64,000 nt of DNA from Candidatus Komeilibacteria bacterium RIFOXYD1_FULL_37_29 (GCA_001818495.1 MHKS01000002.1:16120-80119), one strand, 5' to 3'; positions 10,468 through 21,139 are shown, counted from the first letter of the stretch. Made by a program: numbers and translations. Notes: a model not told the origin generated them from the letters alone.

Positions 10468-11056
10468 AGCTACGGGGGTTATTTATTTTATTGCCATTTA
10501 AAAATAAGGTGGGAGTTCCTTCGACCAAAGCTTGATTGCCACTACGCACGTCGTCTTTAACAGCATCTTCAATATCATCATTGCTTAAATCAGCTTTAAA
10601 TTTTTCTACATCTAGTCCTAGCTCTTTAGCATAGCTGATAAATATTTCTTCAGCCTTTGGTTGGTTGGACCAAGCGCTTTGGTTAGAAAACAATTTATCA
10701 TGCATGGGCCAAAACGATCCTTGCTGGCCAGCGGCTTCAGCTGCTTGAGCAGCCAGTTGAGCCTGGGGATGGATAGAGGATAATGGGTAATGTCTATAAA
10801 TCACTTGTACTTCCTCACCCATTTCTTCCGCCAATTTATTGATCATTGGATAATAGCTAGCACAAGCCGGACATTGGAAATCACTATATTCTATCAAAGT
10901 AACTAGGGCATTGGGGTTGCCCTTAGCCCATTCTTCATCAGTCACCACTGTAGAGCCTTGGGTATTTGGTTTGGCAATACTTATTATCAGCCAAGTTAAA
11001 ATCAAGGGGACAGAAATGGAAATAATCCAAAACCACAGACGCTGTTCTCTTTTCAT
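10418..11056 (-). CDS. DsbA family thiol:disulfide oxidoreductase
   Basis: 212 aa; N-terminal TM, SDFQCPACASYYP CxxC thioredoxin-fold motif. Confidence 0.75.
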   Translation of the reverse strand: MKREQRLWFWIISISVPLILTWLIISIAKPNTQGSTVVTDEEWAKGNPNALVTLIEYSDFQCPACASYYPMINKLAEEMGEEVQVIYRHYPLSSIHPQAQLAAQAAEAAGQQGSFWPMHDKLFSNQSAWSNQPKAEEIFISYAKELGLDVEKFKADLSNDDIEDAVKDDVRSGNQALVEGTPTLFLNGNKINNPRSYDKLRQAVRDELSKLQ

Positions 11057-11132
11057 ATATATAATGTTTTTAATAGTTAAGGCTATTTTATTTTACCCTG
11101 CAAGGTAAGCTTAGTCAATAAATTTATTTAAA

Positions 11133-11166
11133 TAAAAATCCCGCCGCGTCTGACGCGGCGGGATGA
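11133..11166. terminator. Hairpin terminator (atcccgccgcg/cgcggcgggat)
   Basis: 11-bp GC stem seen directly. Confidence 0.6.
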
Positions 11167-11176
11167 TAAAGCACTT

Positions 11177-11938
11177 TTATTTTAATATAGCATCTAGAGA
11201 AGCCTTGACGCTTTCGTAAGGCAAGGCGCCAGGGATAGCTACTTTTTGGTTACCGGAGATAATGACACTATATGGTGTGCCTCGTCCGCCAGCTTTTTGA
11301 GCTTCTTGACTTTGGGCTTGAATCTTACTGTCATATTTATCAGAGTCCAAACATTCTTGGAATTTATCTTTATTAGCACCAACTGAAACGGCTACATCGG
11401 CTATATTAGCCAAGGTTTCATCACCATCAAATAGTTTGTCCAAAAATGACCAGAAGGCATCATTACCTTTTTGTTCAGCTACGCATTCAGCTGCTACGGC
11501 TTTTTTGAAAGCTTCTGGATGGAGGCTGGTTAATGGGAAATGACGATAGACCCAGCTGACTTTGCCGGCATAGTCAGTCATTACCTGTCTCATGGTATCA
11601 TGGAAACGAGTACAGAATGGGCAGTCAATATCAGAAAATTCCACAATGGTTACATCGGCATTTTTATCACCGCGTACCCAATCACCATCACTAAGACCGT
11701 TTACTACTATTTCTGTCGGAGCCGTAGGATTAGGGTTAGTGTTTTCGTTAGTGTTGGCTACGATATTATTATCGTCATTATTGTTTTTATTACTACCGAA
11801 ATCTTTACCATTGAGCATCATGCCCAAAAGCACAAAGAAACCGATAATACAAACAACGGCTAGACCAGACAAAAGACCAGCTTTGAAAGCGGTTTTTGGA
11901 CGAAGATTATCAATTAGACTCTTGTTATTTTCTTCCAT
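11177..11938 (-). CDS. DsbA-like thioredoxin-domain protein with N-terminal TM and Asn-rich linker
   Basis: 253 aa; DIDCPFCTRFHD CxxC motif; low-complexity NKNNNDDNN linker. Confidence 0.7.
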   Translation of the reverse strand: MEENNKSLIDNLRPKTAFKAGLLSGLAVVCIIGFFVLLGMMLNGKDFGSNKNNNDDNNIVANTNENTNPNPTAPTEIVVNGLSDGDWVRGDKNADVTIVEFSDIDCPFCTRFHDTMRQVMTDYAGKVSWVYRHFPLTSLHPEAFKKAVAAECVAEQKGNDAFWSFLDKLFDGDETLANIADVAVSVGANKDKFQECLDSDKYDSKIQAQSQEAQKAGGRGTPYSVIISGNQKVAIPGALPYESVKASLDAILK

Positions 11939-12067
11939 ATATTTTTTAAGGTTAATTATTTTAAATTAGAAAACAGTTTGTCTATTATATCAGTTTTTTT
12001 TTGTAAAGACAACTTATTTTTTGTATTCAATAGTTTACTACGGATAAATAAAGTTTGTCTTACAGCC

Positions 12068-12096
12068 TTGACAAAACGTAAAATATATGCTATTAT
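12068..12096 (+). promoter_or_regulatory. Sigma-70-type promoter (TTGACA-17-TATTAT)
   Basis: consensus -35 and near-consensus -10 with 17-bp spacer; this implies the downstream CDS starts at ATG 12143, not 11978. Confidence 0.5.
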
Positions 12097-12142
12097 GGCG
12101 CATAACCCAAAGAAACAGGGTTTTTTTAATTTAAGGCAACTT

Positions 12143-12649
12143 ATGAAAATCTATATTAATAGTTTGTCGAAAAATTTAATCGAAGAGCTTACCCAGCATA
12201 TAAAATCTATATTTTTATTAGTATTAATGTTGTTTTTCAGTTTTCCGCAAATTACTATTTCTGAGAGCTTACCACAGATTATGAAAGGACCAATACCTAG
12301 GGCAGTGATTACTACCTATTATAATGGGCCGACTTTACCAGAAATACCAGCCAGAGTGGCTGATCGAACTATGCGTATTGTCGTAACCGCTTACAATAGT
12401 GAACCCGGTCAAACCGATGATACCCCTTTTATTACTGCTTTTGGCACTCATGTTAGAGATGGTATAGTGGCTACAAATTTTTTACCAAAGGGCGCTTTGG
12501 TGCGTTTTCCTGAGCTTTTTGGGGATAAGGAGTTTGTGGTAGAAGATAGAATGAATGAAAGATACTATTACCACATGGATATTTGGATGGCCGAAAAGGC
12601 TGAAGCCGTTAAATTTGGAGCCAAATTTGTGGACATGGAAATATTATAA
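12143..12649 (+). CDS. 3D (Asp-Asp-Asp) domain cell-wall-associated protein (MltA/YabE-like)
   Basis: RIVVTAYNSEPGQTDDTPFITAFGTHVRDGIVATNF...VEDRMNERYYYHMDIWM matches 3D domain; N-terminal signal/TM. Confidence 0.6.
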   Translation: MKIYINSLSKNLIEELTQHIKSIFLLVLMLFFSFPQITISESLPQIMKGPIPRAVITTYYNGPTLPEIPARVADRTMRIVVTAYNSEPGQTDDTPFITAFGTHVRDGIVATNFLPKGALVRFPELFGDKEFVVEDRMNERYYYHMDIWMAEKAEAVKFGAKFVDMEIL

Positions 12650-12661
12650 TTATTACTAAAA

Positions 12662-12688
12662 TAGACCCTAAAATGGGTCTATTTTTGG
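12662..12688 (+). terminator. Rho-independent terminator (agaccc/gggtct + T-run)
   Basis: seen directly. Confidence 0.55.
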
Positions 12689-12714
12689 GGATAAACTGTG
12701 GGCTAGTGAGGGGT

Positions 12715-12743
12715 TTGACAAGTTCTAAAAAATAGTATATAAT
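12715..12743 (+). promoter_or_regulatory. Perfect consensus sigma-70 promoter (TTGACA-17-TATAAT), candidate rRNA promoter
   Basis: ttgacaagttctaaaaaatagtatataat about 370 nt upstream of 23S 5' end; leader contains long inverted repeat (12897-12950) typical of rRNA processing stems. Confidence 0.55.
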
Positions 12744-13112
12744 ACCAGCGCTGTAAAAAGCTTAATAAATCAACAATACATTTAATGATAGTTAGTCTAA
12801 AAATAAATAAAACTTAAAAGGATTTTGGGTAGAATTTATTTTTACGTGAAATCCCGCCTGACGGGATTTTTGAGACCTTAAAAAAATAATCGCTAGCAAG
12901 TAGTTTTTTAAATAGGTAGGCTTACGCGACTTTTTTAAAAAACTACTTATTACCGATTAAAAGGTAAAGAACTTTGAAAAGTGAATACAATACAAATCAT
13001 AAATATAATAAACAATGTTTATGAGCATCTTTAGATAAAAAATATCTCGTATAGATATAAACGAAAATTATATCCAAAATTAAATCCATTAAAAGTTTTC
13101 AGAATTTTTGAT

Positions 13113-16215
<3,103 letters not shown>

Positions 16216-16470
16216 ATTAAAAATTTTGGAAGTTTTTTCACTCTACTTTACAAGAAGTAATGAGTGGATCCCGCTTCGGCGGGAAGTGGAGCTTTATACG
16301 TGATATTTTATAAGCTCATGAACATTGATAAACACACCGGAATGATCAAAATAATTTTGATCTTCCTGATGCTAATTGTATTCTTAGGGGTAGTATTTTT
16401 TCTAACCCCGTTAAAACAAATAGTATAAAAAACGATATTTTGGTAAGAAATTAGGTTAAGAAGAAGGTAT

Positions 16471-16590
16471 TACTCTCGTGGCACTAGCGAGTTGGCAACA
16501 CCTGATCCCATTTCGAACTCAGTAGTTAAGCGACTCAGCGCCGATGGTAATAGCTTATCATGGCTGTGAGAGTAGGTCGTCGCGAGAGTT
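16471..16590 (+). rRNA. rrf: 5S ribosomal RNA
   Basis: CCTGATCCCATTTCGAACTCAGTAGTTAAG...CAGCGCCGATGGTA...TGTGAGAGTAGG conserved 5S core; helix 1 ctctcg/cgagag. Confidence 0.85.
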
Positions 16591-16724
16591 ATGCCTTTTT
16601 CTCTAATTAACATTACCGCAATGTCGTTTTTTATTTGGCAAAATTTAAATTGACAATGAATATATTTTATGACAATATAAGGTGTTAATTGTTACATTAA
16701 ATATAAAATAGAAAGGAGAGTCCA

Positions 16725-17558
16725 GTGAACTCTATAGTTTTGTGCCTTAAGGTATCTCGCTTTTGGCATGTTGTCTTTGCGGCTACGGCTACCTGGGTGA
16801 TTGCTATGTTGTCCAATGGACCGCATTGGTTTACAACGGCTAAAGTTGTTTCGTCAGCTGTGATGGGACTGTCGGTTTTATCAGCCAGTCTATACCATTT
16901 CGGCGCGGCTAATCCTATGTACGCCCGGAAGAATGAAGTTTTGTCCGTTAGTCTATTAGTTCGTGGAGGATTGATTGGCCTGGGTATTTTGGGCATGGCT
17001 GGGGCAGTGTATTTGTCCGTTAATTATCTAAACACTTCTTGCCAGATAGTGGTCGCACTTGATGCTCTTATCATAGCGGCTTATGCCGGCATACTGTCTC
17101 GTCATTGGGCCACTAAGAATTTGCTAATGGCTTTTGTCTGTGCTTCGCCAGTTTTACTGGGGTGGTTAGCGGGTCATCGTCTGCATCCGGCTGTACCATA
17201 TGGAATCGGTGTGACGTTTTTGACTTATCTGACCAGAGAAGTGGTCAAAGATATTCAGGACCGAGTGGTCAATCATGGACATCGTATTACCTTGCCTTTG
17301 TGGCTAGGGGTAATGCCAGCTAGGCGCATAGCTTCCGGCTTAATGCTGGTGACTACTCTTGTGTCCGTGATCTTCGGAGTCAAGCTAGTCAGTTATAATT
17401 GGTATACTATTATACCGTATGTGCTAAGTGTTGGTGTATTTCTGATCACTACCCACTCTCTGGCTTTTGGCCAACCTGGCGACGAAAAAAAAGAATCAGC
17501 CTACATTTTGGCGGGCAGCCTTTTGATGCTAATTACCTTCGGGTGCATTCTATTTTAG
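16725..17558 (+). CDS. UbiA prenyltransferase-family-like polytopic membrane protein (GTG start)
   Basis: 277 aa, ~9 TM; KDIQDRVVNHGHRITLPLWLG matches UbiA second motif DxxxD...GxxTLP...G, but the first Asp-rich motif is absent; GC ~50% versus ~35% flanks; RBS gaaaggagag. Confidence 0.35.
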   Translation: MNSIVLCLKVSRFWHVVFAATATWVIAMLSNGPHWFTTAKVVSSAVMGLSVLSASLYHFGAANPMYARKNEVLSVSLLVRGGLIGLGILGMAGAVYLSVNYLNTSCQIVVALDALIIAAYAGILSRHWATKNLLMAFVCASPVLLGWLAGHRLHPAVPYGIGVTFLTYLTREVVKDIQDRVVNHGHRITLPLWLGVMPARRIASGLMLVTTLVSVIFGVKLVSYNWYTIIPYVLSVGVFLITTHSLAFGQPGDEKKESAYILAGSLLMLITFGCILF

Positions 17559-17575
17559 GAGGACAAGATATTTGA

Positions 17576-17616
17576 GCCCTCCCCGACCTATAGTTGGGGA
17601 GGTGCTTTTCTTTTTG
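17576..17616 (+). terminator. Rho-independent terminator (cctcccc/ggggagg + T-run)
   Basis: seen directly. Confidence 0.6.
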
Positions 17617-17699
17617 TAAACAATTTAAAAGAGGCGCCAATTTGGCCCGAGATTTCGGCAATACTTTATTTTTTATAGTTATTTTGCTAAGATGATTTC

Positions 17700-18191
17700 A
17701 TGTCAGAAGAAATTATTATTGTCGATAAAAATGACGAAGTGATCGGTTATAAGCTTCGTCAGAACATAAAGCCCAGCGATATTTATCGTGTCTCTGCTCT
17801 TTGGCTAACCAATTCTCGTGGGGATATTTTATTGGCTCAGCGGGCCTTTGATAAAAAACAGCATCCCGGTAAGTGGGGTCCAGCTGTAGCGGGCACTTTA
17901 GAGAAAGGTGAGACCTACGACAGCAACATTTTAAAGGAATGTGCTGAAGAATTAGGACTTATAAATTTTAGTTTTGTTAAAGGCCCTAAAACATTTTACA
18001 ATAGTGACTATATACATTTTACTCAATGGTATATTGCTATTCTGGATAAAAAAATTAAAGATTTTGATATTCAACCAGAGGAAGTGGTTAAAATCAGGTG
18101 GTTTTCTAAAAGTGATTTAGAAGACCAAGTTAAAAACAATCCAGAAAATTGTTTACCAAATTTACCAAGTTATTTTAAATTATTATCATGA
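17700..18191 (+). CDS. NUDIX hydrolase
   Basis: 163 aa; GKWGPAVAGTLEKGETYDSNILKECAEELGL Nudix box. Confidence 0.8.
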   Translation: MSEEIIIVDKNDEVIGYKLRQNIKPSDIYRVSALWLTNSRGDILLAQRAFDKKQHPGKWGPAVAGTLEKGETYDSNILKECAEELGLINFSFVKGPKTFYNSDYIHFTQWYIAILDKKIKDFDIQPEEVVKIRWFSKSDLEDQVKNNPENCLPNLPSYFKLLS

Positions 18192-19453
18192 GACAGATCA
18201 TAGATTTACATATTCATAGCAAATATGCTCGTGCCACTTCTAAATTTTTTGATTTAGCAGAAATGGTCAAATGGTCAGAAATAAAAGGAGTAGATATTAT
18301 CTCCTGCGCTGATTTTACTCATCCAGCTTGGTTTGCCCAGCTAGAAAAAAATTTAATAGAGGACAATAGTAGCGGACTATATAGATTAAAAGACAGCAAT
18401 TCGGCTGTTAGGTTTATTATTTCTACCGAAGTTTCTTGTATTTATCGCCAAGGTGACAAAACTAGACGCTTGCATCTTTGTATTTTAATGCCAAATTTAA
18501 CATCCGCTGGAAAATTTAATCAGGCTCTAGCAGCACGTGGTGCTAAATTGGCTTCCGATGGCCGACCGATATTGGGGATGAGTGCCAAAGAAGTGTTACA
18601 GATTATGTTAGAAACTGACAAGCGGGCGATGATGATCCCAGCGCACGTCTGGACACCGTGGTTTGCAGTTTTTGGATCTAAATCTGGTTTTGAATCTTTG
18701 GAAGAATGTTTTGAAGAATTAACGCCGCATATTAAAGCGATTGAAACCGGTTTATCATCTGATCCGCTGATGAATTGGCGCTTAAAAGAGTTAGATAATA
18801 TCACTTTAGTTTCCAACTCGGATGCTCATAGCGGACCGCAGATTGGTCGAGAGGCCAATGTCATGGATTTATCGGAGAAAACTTATCAGGAAATTGTGGA
18901 TATTATAGCCACAAAAAATAGAACAAAATTTTTGTACACTATTGAGTTTTACCCCGAAGAAGGTATGTATCATGCCGATGGCCATAAAGACTGCGGATTT
19001 TCTTGTCTGCCAGAGGCTAGTCAGAAACTCAAAGGCCTATGTCCAAAATGCAAAAAGCCTTTAACTATTGGAGTCTTGGCGCAGGTAGAAAAATTAGCCA
19101 CCTTAAAAGATAATGAGGTAGACAAAAATCAGCATATTCCTTATAAGAGCATTGTACCCTTGCCTAGTATAATTTCCGATTATTTGGGGGTGGGTAGAAA
19201 TTCCCAGCGGGTACAAAAATTATTTTTAGATATTATAGTTAGCGCTGGTAATGAATTTAAAGTTTTACTTGATTTATCAGCCGAGGAGCTCATAAAAATT
19301 ATGCCAGCTGTTTTAGCAGATGGTATTATCAGAATGCGTCAGAATAAAATAAAATTAATTCCTGGCTATGATGGCCAGTACGGTCAGGTGGAAATATTTT
19401 CTAAAAAAGAGCGTCAGGTAGCCAGGGACAATCAGCAGACTAAATTGTTTTAG
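18188..19453 (+). CDS. Endonuclease Q family protein (PHP domain + zinc ribbon)
   Basis: 421 aa; DLHIHSKYARATS, NSDAHSGPQIGREANV, C..C...CPKCKKPL zinc finger, LIPGYDGQYGQVEIF; these resemble the EndoQ family as recalled from Pyrococcus EndoQ. Confidence 0.7.
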   Translation: MRQIIDLHIHSKYARATSKFFDLAEMVKWSEIKGVDIISCADFTHPAWFAQLEKNLIEDNSSGLYRLKDSNSAVRFIISTEVSCIYRQGDKTRRLHLCILMPNLTSAGKFNQALAARGAKLASDGRPILGMSAKEVLQIMLETDKRAMMIPAHVWTPWFAVFGSKSGFESLEECFEELTPHIKAIETGLSSDPLMNWRLKELDNITLVSNSDAHSGPQIGREANVMDLSEKTYQEIVDIIATKNRTKFLYTIEFYPEEGMYHADGHKDCGFSCLPEASQKLKGLCPKCKKPLTIGVLAQVEKLATLKDNEVDKNQHIPYKSIVPLPSIISDYLGVGRNSQRVQKLFLDIIVSAGNEFKVLLDLSAEELIKIMPAVLADGIIRMRQNKIKLIPGYDGQYGQVEIFSKKERQVARDNQQTKLF

Positions 19454-19567
19454 TTTGTTTTACGCTCGCGATGACTTTAAAAATAAAAAATCCCCTTATT
19501 CCACTGGGTATAAAGGGATTTTAATTTTATCCTGTTTTTTAAAAAATTGGATAAACAGAAATGAATT

Positions 19568-19696
19568 TTATCTTTTCTTTCTGCGAGCAACTTTTCTCTT
19601 CTTAGAAGTTTTTTTAGCTACTCTCTTTTTAGCAACTTTTCTCTTCTTAGAAGTTTTTTTAGCTACTCTCTTTTTAGCAACTTTTTTCTTTTTCAC
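19568..19696 (-). CDS. Lys/Arg-rich 42-aa micro-protein (VKKKKVAKKRVAKKTSKKRKVAKKRVAKKTSKKRKVARRKKR), putative nucleic-acid-binding
   Basis: strong SD AGGAGGT 7 nt upstream of GTG; perfect 45-bp tandem duplication encodes a repeated 15-aa unit; the + strand ORF 19455-19721 is its antisense artefact. Confidence 0.45.
   Translation of the reverse strand: MKKKKVAKKRVAKKTSKKRKVAKKRVAKKTSKKRKVARRKKR
19591..19680. repeat. Perfect 45-bp direct tandem repeat x2 inside the K-rich micro-ORF
   Basis: cttttctcttcttagaagtttttttagctactctctttttagcaa repeated back-to-back (19591-19635, 19636-19680). Confidence 0.9.
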
Positions 19697-19762
19697 GTGT
19701 CCCACCTCCTTTCTTTTGTAAAGATTTTGTGTCAATTAATTGACTTTTATTTTTATTATTTT

Positions 19763-20023
19763 TTAGCTAATTTTAGCCCCAAAAATGCTGGTAGCGATCC
19801 ATTTGGCAAAAGCCTCACCTAGATTGGTCGCTTGCAAAAAACCACCAAAGATAATCACAATACCTATTAGCTTGTACATCAATCTAGTACCTCCCTCTGA
19901 ACCGAGATGTCTATCGGCCCAATCAATCCGGCCTAAATTATTTAACAGCCAATCGGCTTTCCAAACAATAACAAAACCAATTGCTGCTATAAGTAGTCCA
20001 CCAAAAAAATTTCCAAAGCTCAT
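19763..20023 (-). CDS. Small membrane protein, hypothetical
   Basis: 86 aa, two predicted TM helices; own extended -10 (TGgTATAAT at 20054-20062, minus strand); no SD (near-leaderless). Confidence 0.4.
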   Translation of the reverse strand: MSFGNFFGGLLIAAIGFVIVWKADWLLNNLGRIDWADRHLGSEGGTRLMYKLIGIVIIFGGFLQATNLGEAFAKWIATSIFGAKIS

Positions 20024-20120
20024 AAAAACAAATTAAGATTTATAACAACTTTTATTATACCATAATTTACCAATCGTGAGAATAGTTTTGGCGTAAAATT
20101 TTATATTTTTTTAAAATTAG

Positions 20121-20160
20121 AAATAAAATAGCCGGTCGATGAAAAATCATCGACCGGCTT
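20121..20160 (-). terminator. Strong rho-independent terminator (agccggtcgatg/catcgaccggct) ending the zinc-ribbon transcript
   Basis: 12-bp stem, U-run on minus strand. Confidence 0.65.
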
Positions 20161-20175
20161 AAGAAGGCGAAACGA

Positions 20176-20295
20176 TCAAGCGGCTTTGGCCTTGATGGTT
20201 TTTATTTTTTTGCCACAACTTGGGCAAGCGCCGTGTAGTTTGACAAACCAACGGTAAATTTTCTGTAAGCAGTGAGGACAAGATAGGGTTTTCAT
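20176..20295 (-). CDS. 38-aa zinc-ribbon micro-protein (MKTLSCPHCLQKIYRWFVKLHGACPSCGKKIKTIKAKAA)
   Basis: SD aaaggag 7 nt before ATG; two CPxC pairs 17 residues apart; the only ORF between the SAM-I riboswitch and the next terminator. Confidence 0.55.
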   Translation of the reverse strand: MKTLSCPHCLQKIYRWFVKLHGACPSCGKKIKTIKAKAA

Positions 20296-20375
20296 GGTTT
20301 GCTCCTTTTACCAATTTATGGTTGATCTAGTTTTATTTCGCCACTATTGCAATGAGCCTAAAAAAACTAACCTTT

Positions 20376-20420
20376 GGAAAGATTAGCTTTTTTAGAATCA
20401 AAAAAAGTCCTTGGACAAGA
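20376..20420 (-). terminator. Tandem weak hairpins each followed by U7 (riboswitch expression platform / attenuator)
   Basis: minus strand ...cuuguccaaggacuuuuuuu... and ...cuaaucuuuccaaagguuaguuuuuuu... Confidence 0.4.
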
Positions 20421-20433
20421 ACTATTTTAGTGT

Positions 20434-20558
20434 GTTATCTTCCCCGCATTCGTCCGGCGTATGTCGGATGGGCTGGATTTAGCACCTGTACTGTTTATTA
20501 GTCGGTTGCTGACTATCATCGGGCCAGTCCCTTAGCAGATAGTACTCTTGATAAGCTT
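20434..20558 (-). promoter_or_regulatory. SAM-I (S-box) riboswitch aptamer
   Basis: minus-strand sequence CUUAUCAAGAG...UAAGGGACUGGCCCGAUGA...GCAACC...GGUGCUAAAUCCAGC...GAAGAUAA matches the SAM-I consensus elements (P1 UUAUC/GAUAA, K-turn GGGA/GAUGA, CUGGCCC, GCAACC, GGUGC..AA..CC); ~48% GC in a 35% background. Confidence 0.8.
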
Positions 20559-20601
20559 GTCCCGTACTTGATACGGGATCTAAATTGTCAATGTGATATT
20601 T

Positions 20602-20629
20602 ATATTAACACAAGTATTATTTTTGTCAA
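20602..20629 (-). promoter_or_regulatory. Putative promoter for the riboswitch transcript (TTGACA-16-TgtTAATAT)
   Basis: -35 consensus plus extended -10-like element on minus strand about 45 nt upstream of aptamer P1. Confidence 0.4.
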
Positions 20630-20640
20630 ATAATAAGAAT

Positions 20641-20670
20641 AGACGCACATCAAGTTAATGATGTGCGTCG
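20641..20670 (-). terminator. Perfect 10-bp hairpin (gacgcacatc/gatgtgcgtc) + U-rich tract on minus strand
   Basis: ends the GC-rich structured region 20671-20860 on the minus strand. Confidence 0.45.
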
Positions 20671-21044
20671 TGCTAATTTGGAATGTTTCATCCTTTCGCT
20701 GGGACAATCAGCGTGTCCGTGACCAGTTGGTCACCTGTTGTTTCCCATAAAGGGCGTGAATTTTCCTGTTCTTCGGGGGTACAACAGCAATTCCCATAAA
20801 TATACTTTCCAGAGCTGGTTCACGTAATATCTGAACTTTTACGCTAAGTATATTGCAAAGAACAGCACCCGCATGACAGCACAGGATATTATCCTTATTT
20901 ATACCCTAGGATCCCATGTGCGGGCTTTGCGTATATTACGGTTAAAGGGTTTTAATCTTTTTCAAATAAAATCTCCTTTCTGCAAAAGAACATTTTCTAA
21001 GATTATTCTAACAAAAAACAGCCTTGTTAGACAAGACGTTTTTT

Positions 21045-21121
21045 TGGTGGGCGCTAAGGGATTCGAACCCCTGACCCTCTCGGTGTAAACGAGATGCTCT
21101 AGCCAGCTGAGCTAAGCGCCC
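21045..21121 (-). tRNA. tRNA-Val (anticodon TAC)
   Basis: cloverleaf by eye; GGGCGCUUAGCUCAGCUGG...anticodon loop UUUACAC; T-loop GGUUCGAAUCC; encoded CCA. Confidence 0.9.
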
Positions 21122-21139
21122 TAAATGTAAATTTTAATT

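Noticed and set aside
17397-17413. 17-nt identity (aattggtatactattat) shared with 24997-25013 (encoding SYNWYTII in two unrelated proteins)
   Set aside because: It is short, has no flanking similarity, and sits inside ORFs in different frames and contexts. It is most likely a chance match in an AT-rich genome.
19455-19721. 88-aa plus-strand ORF rich in Phe/Leu
   Set aside because: It is the antisense reading of the Lys-codon-rich tandem repeat of the minus-strand micro-ORF. It has low complexity and no SD.
20300-21044. Searched for tmRNA, RNase P RNA and 6S RNA in the 750-bp non-coding stretch next to the tRNA cluster
   Set aside because: No GGGG...ACCA tRNA-like ends or ANDENYALAA-type tag frame (tmRNA) were found. 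No GGAAAGUCCGGGC / AGGGUGAAA / ACAGAACCCGGCUUA blocks (RNase P) were found. Part of the stretch is instead explained by the SAM-I riboswitch.
20873-21088. 71-aa plus-strand ORF
   Set aside because: Overlaps tRNA-Val on the opposite strand and the tRNA-operon terminator. No SD.
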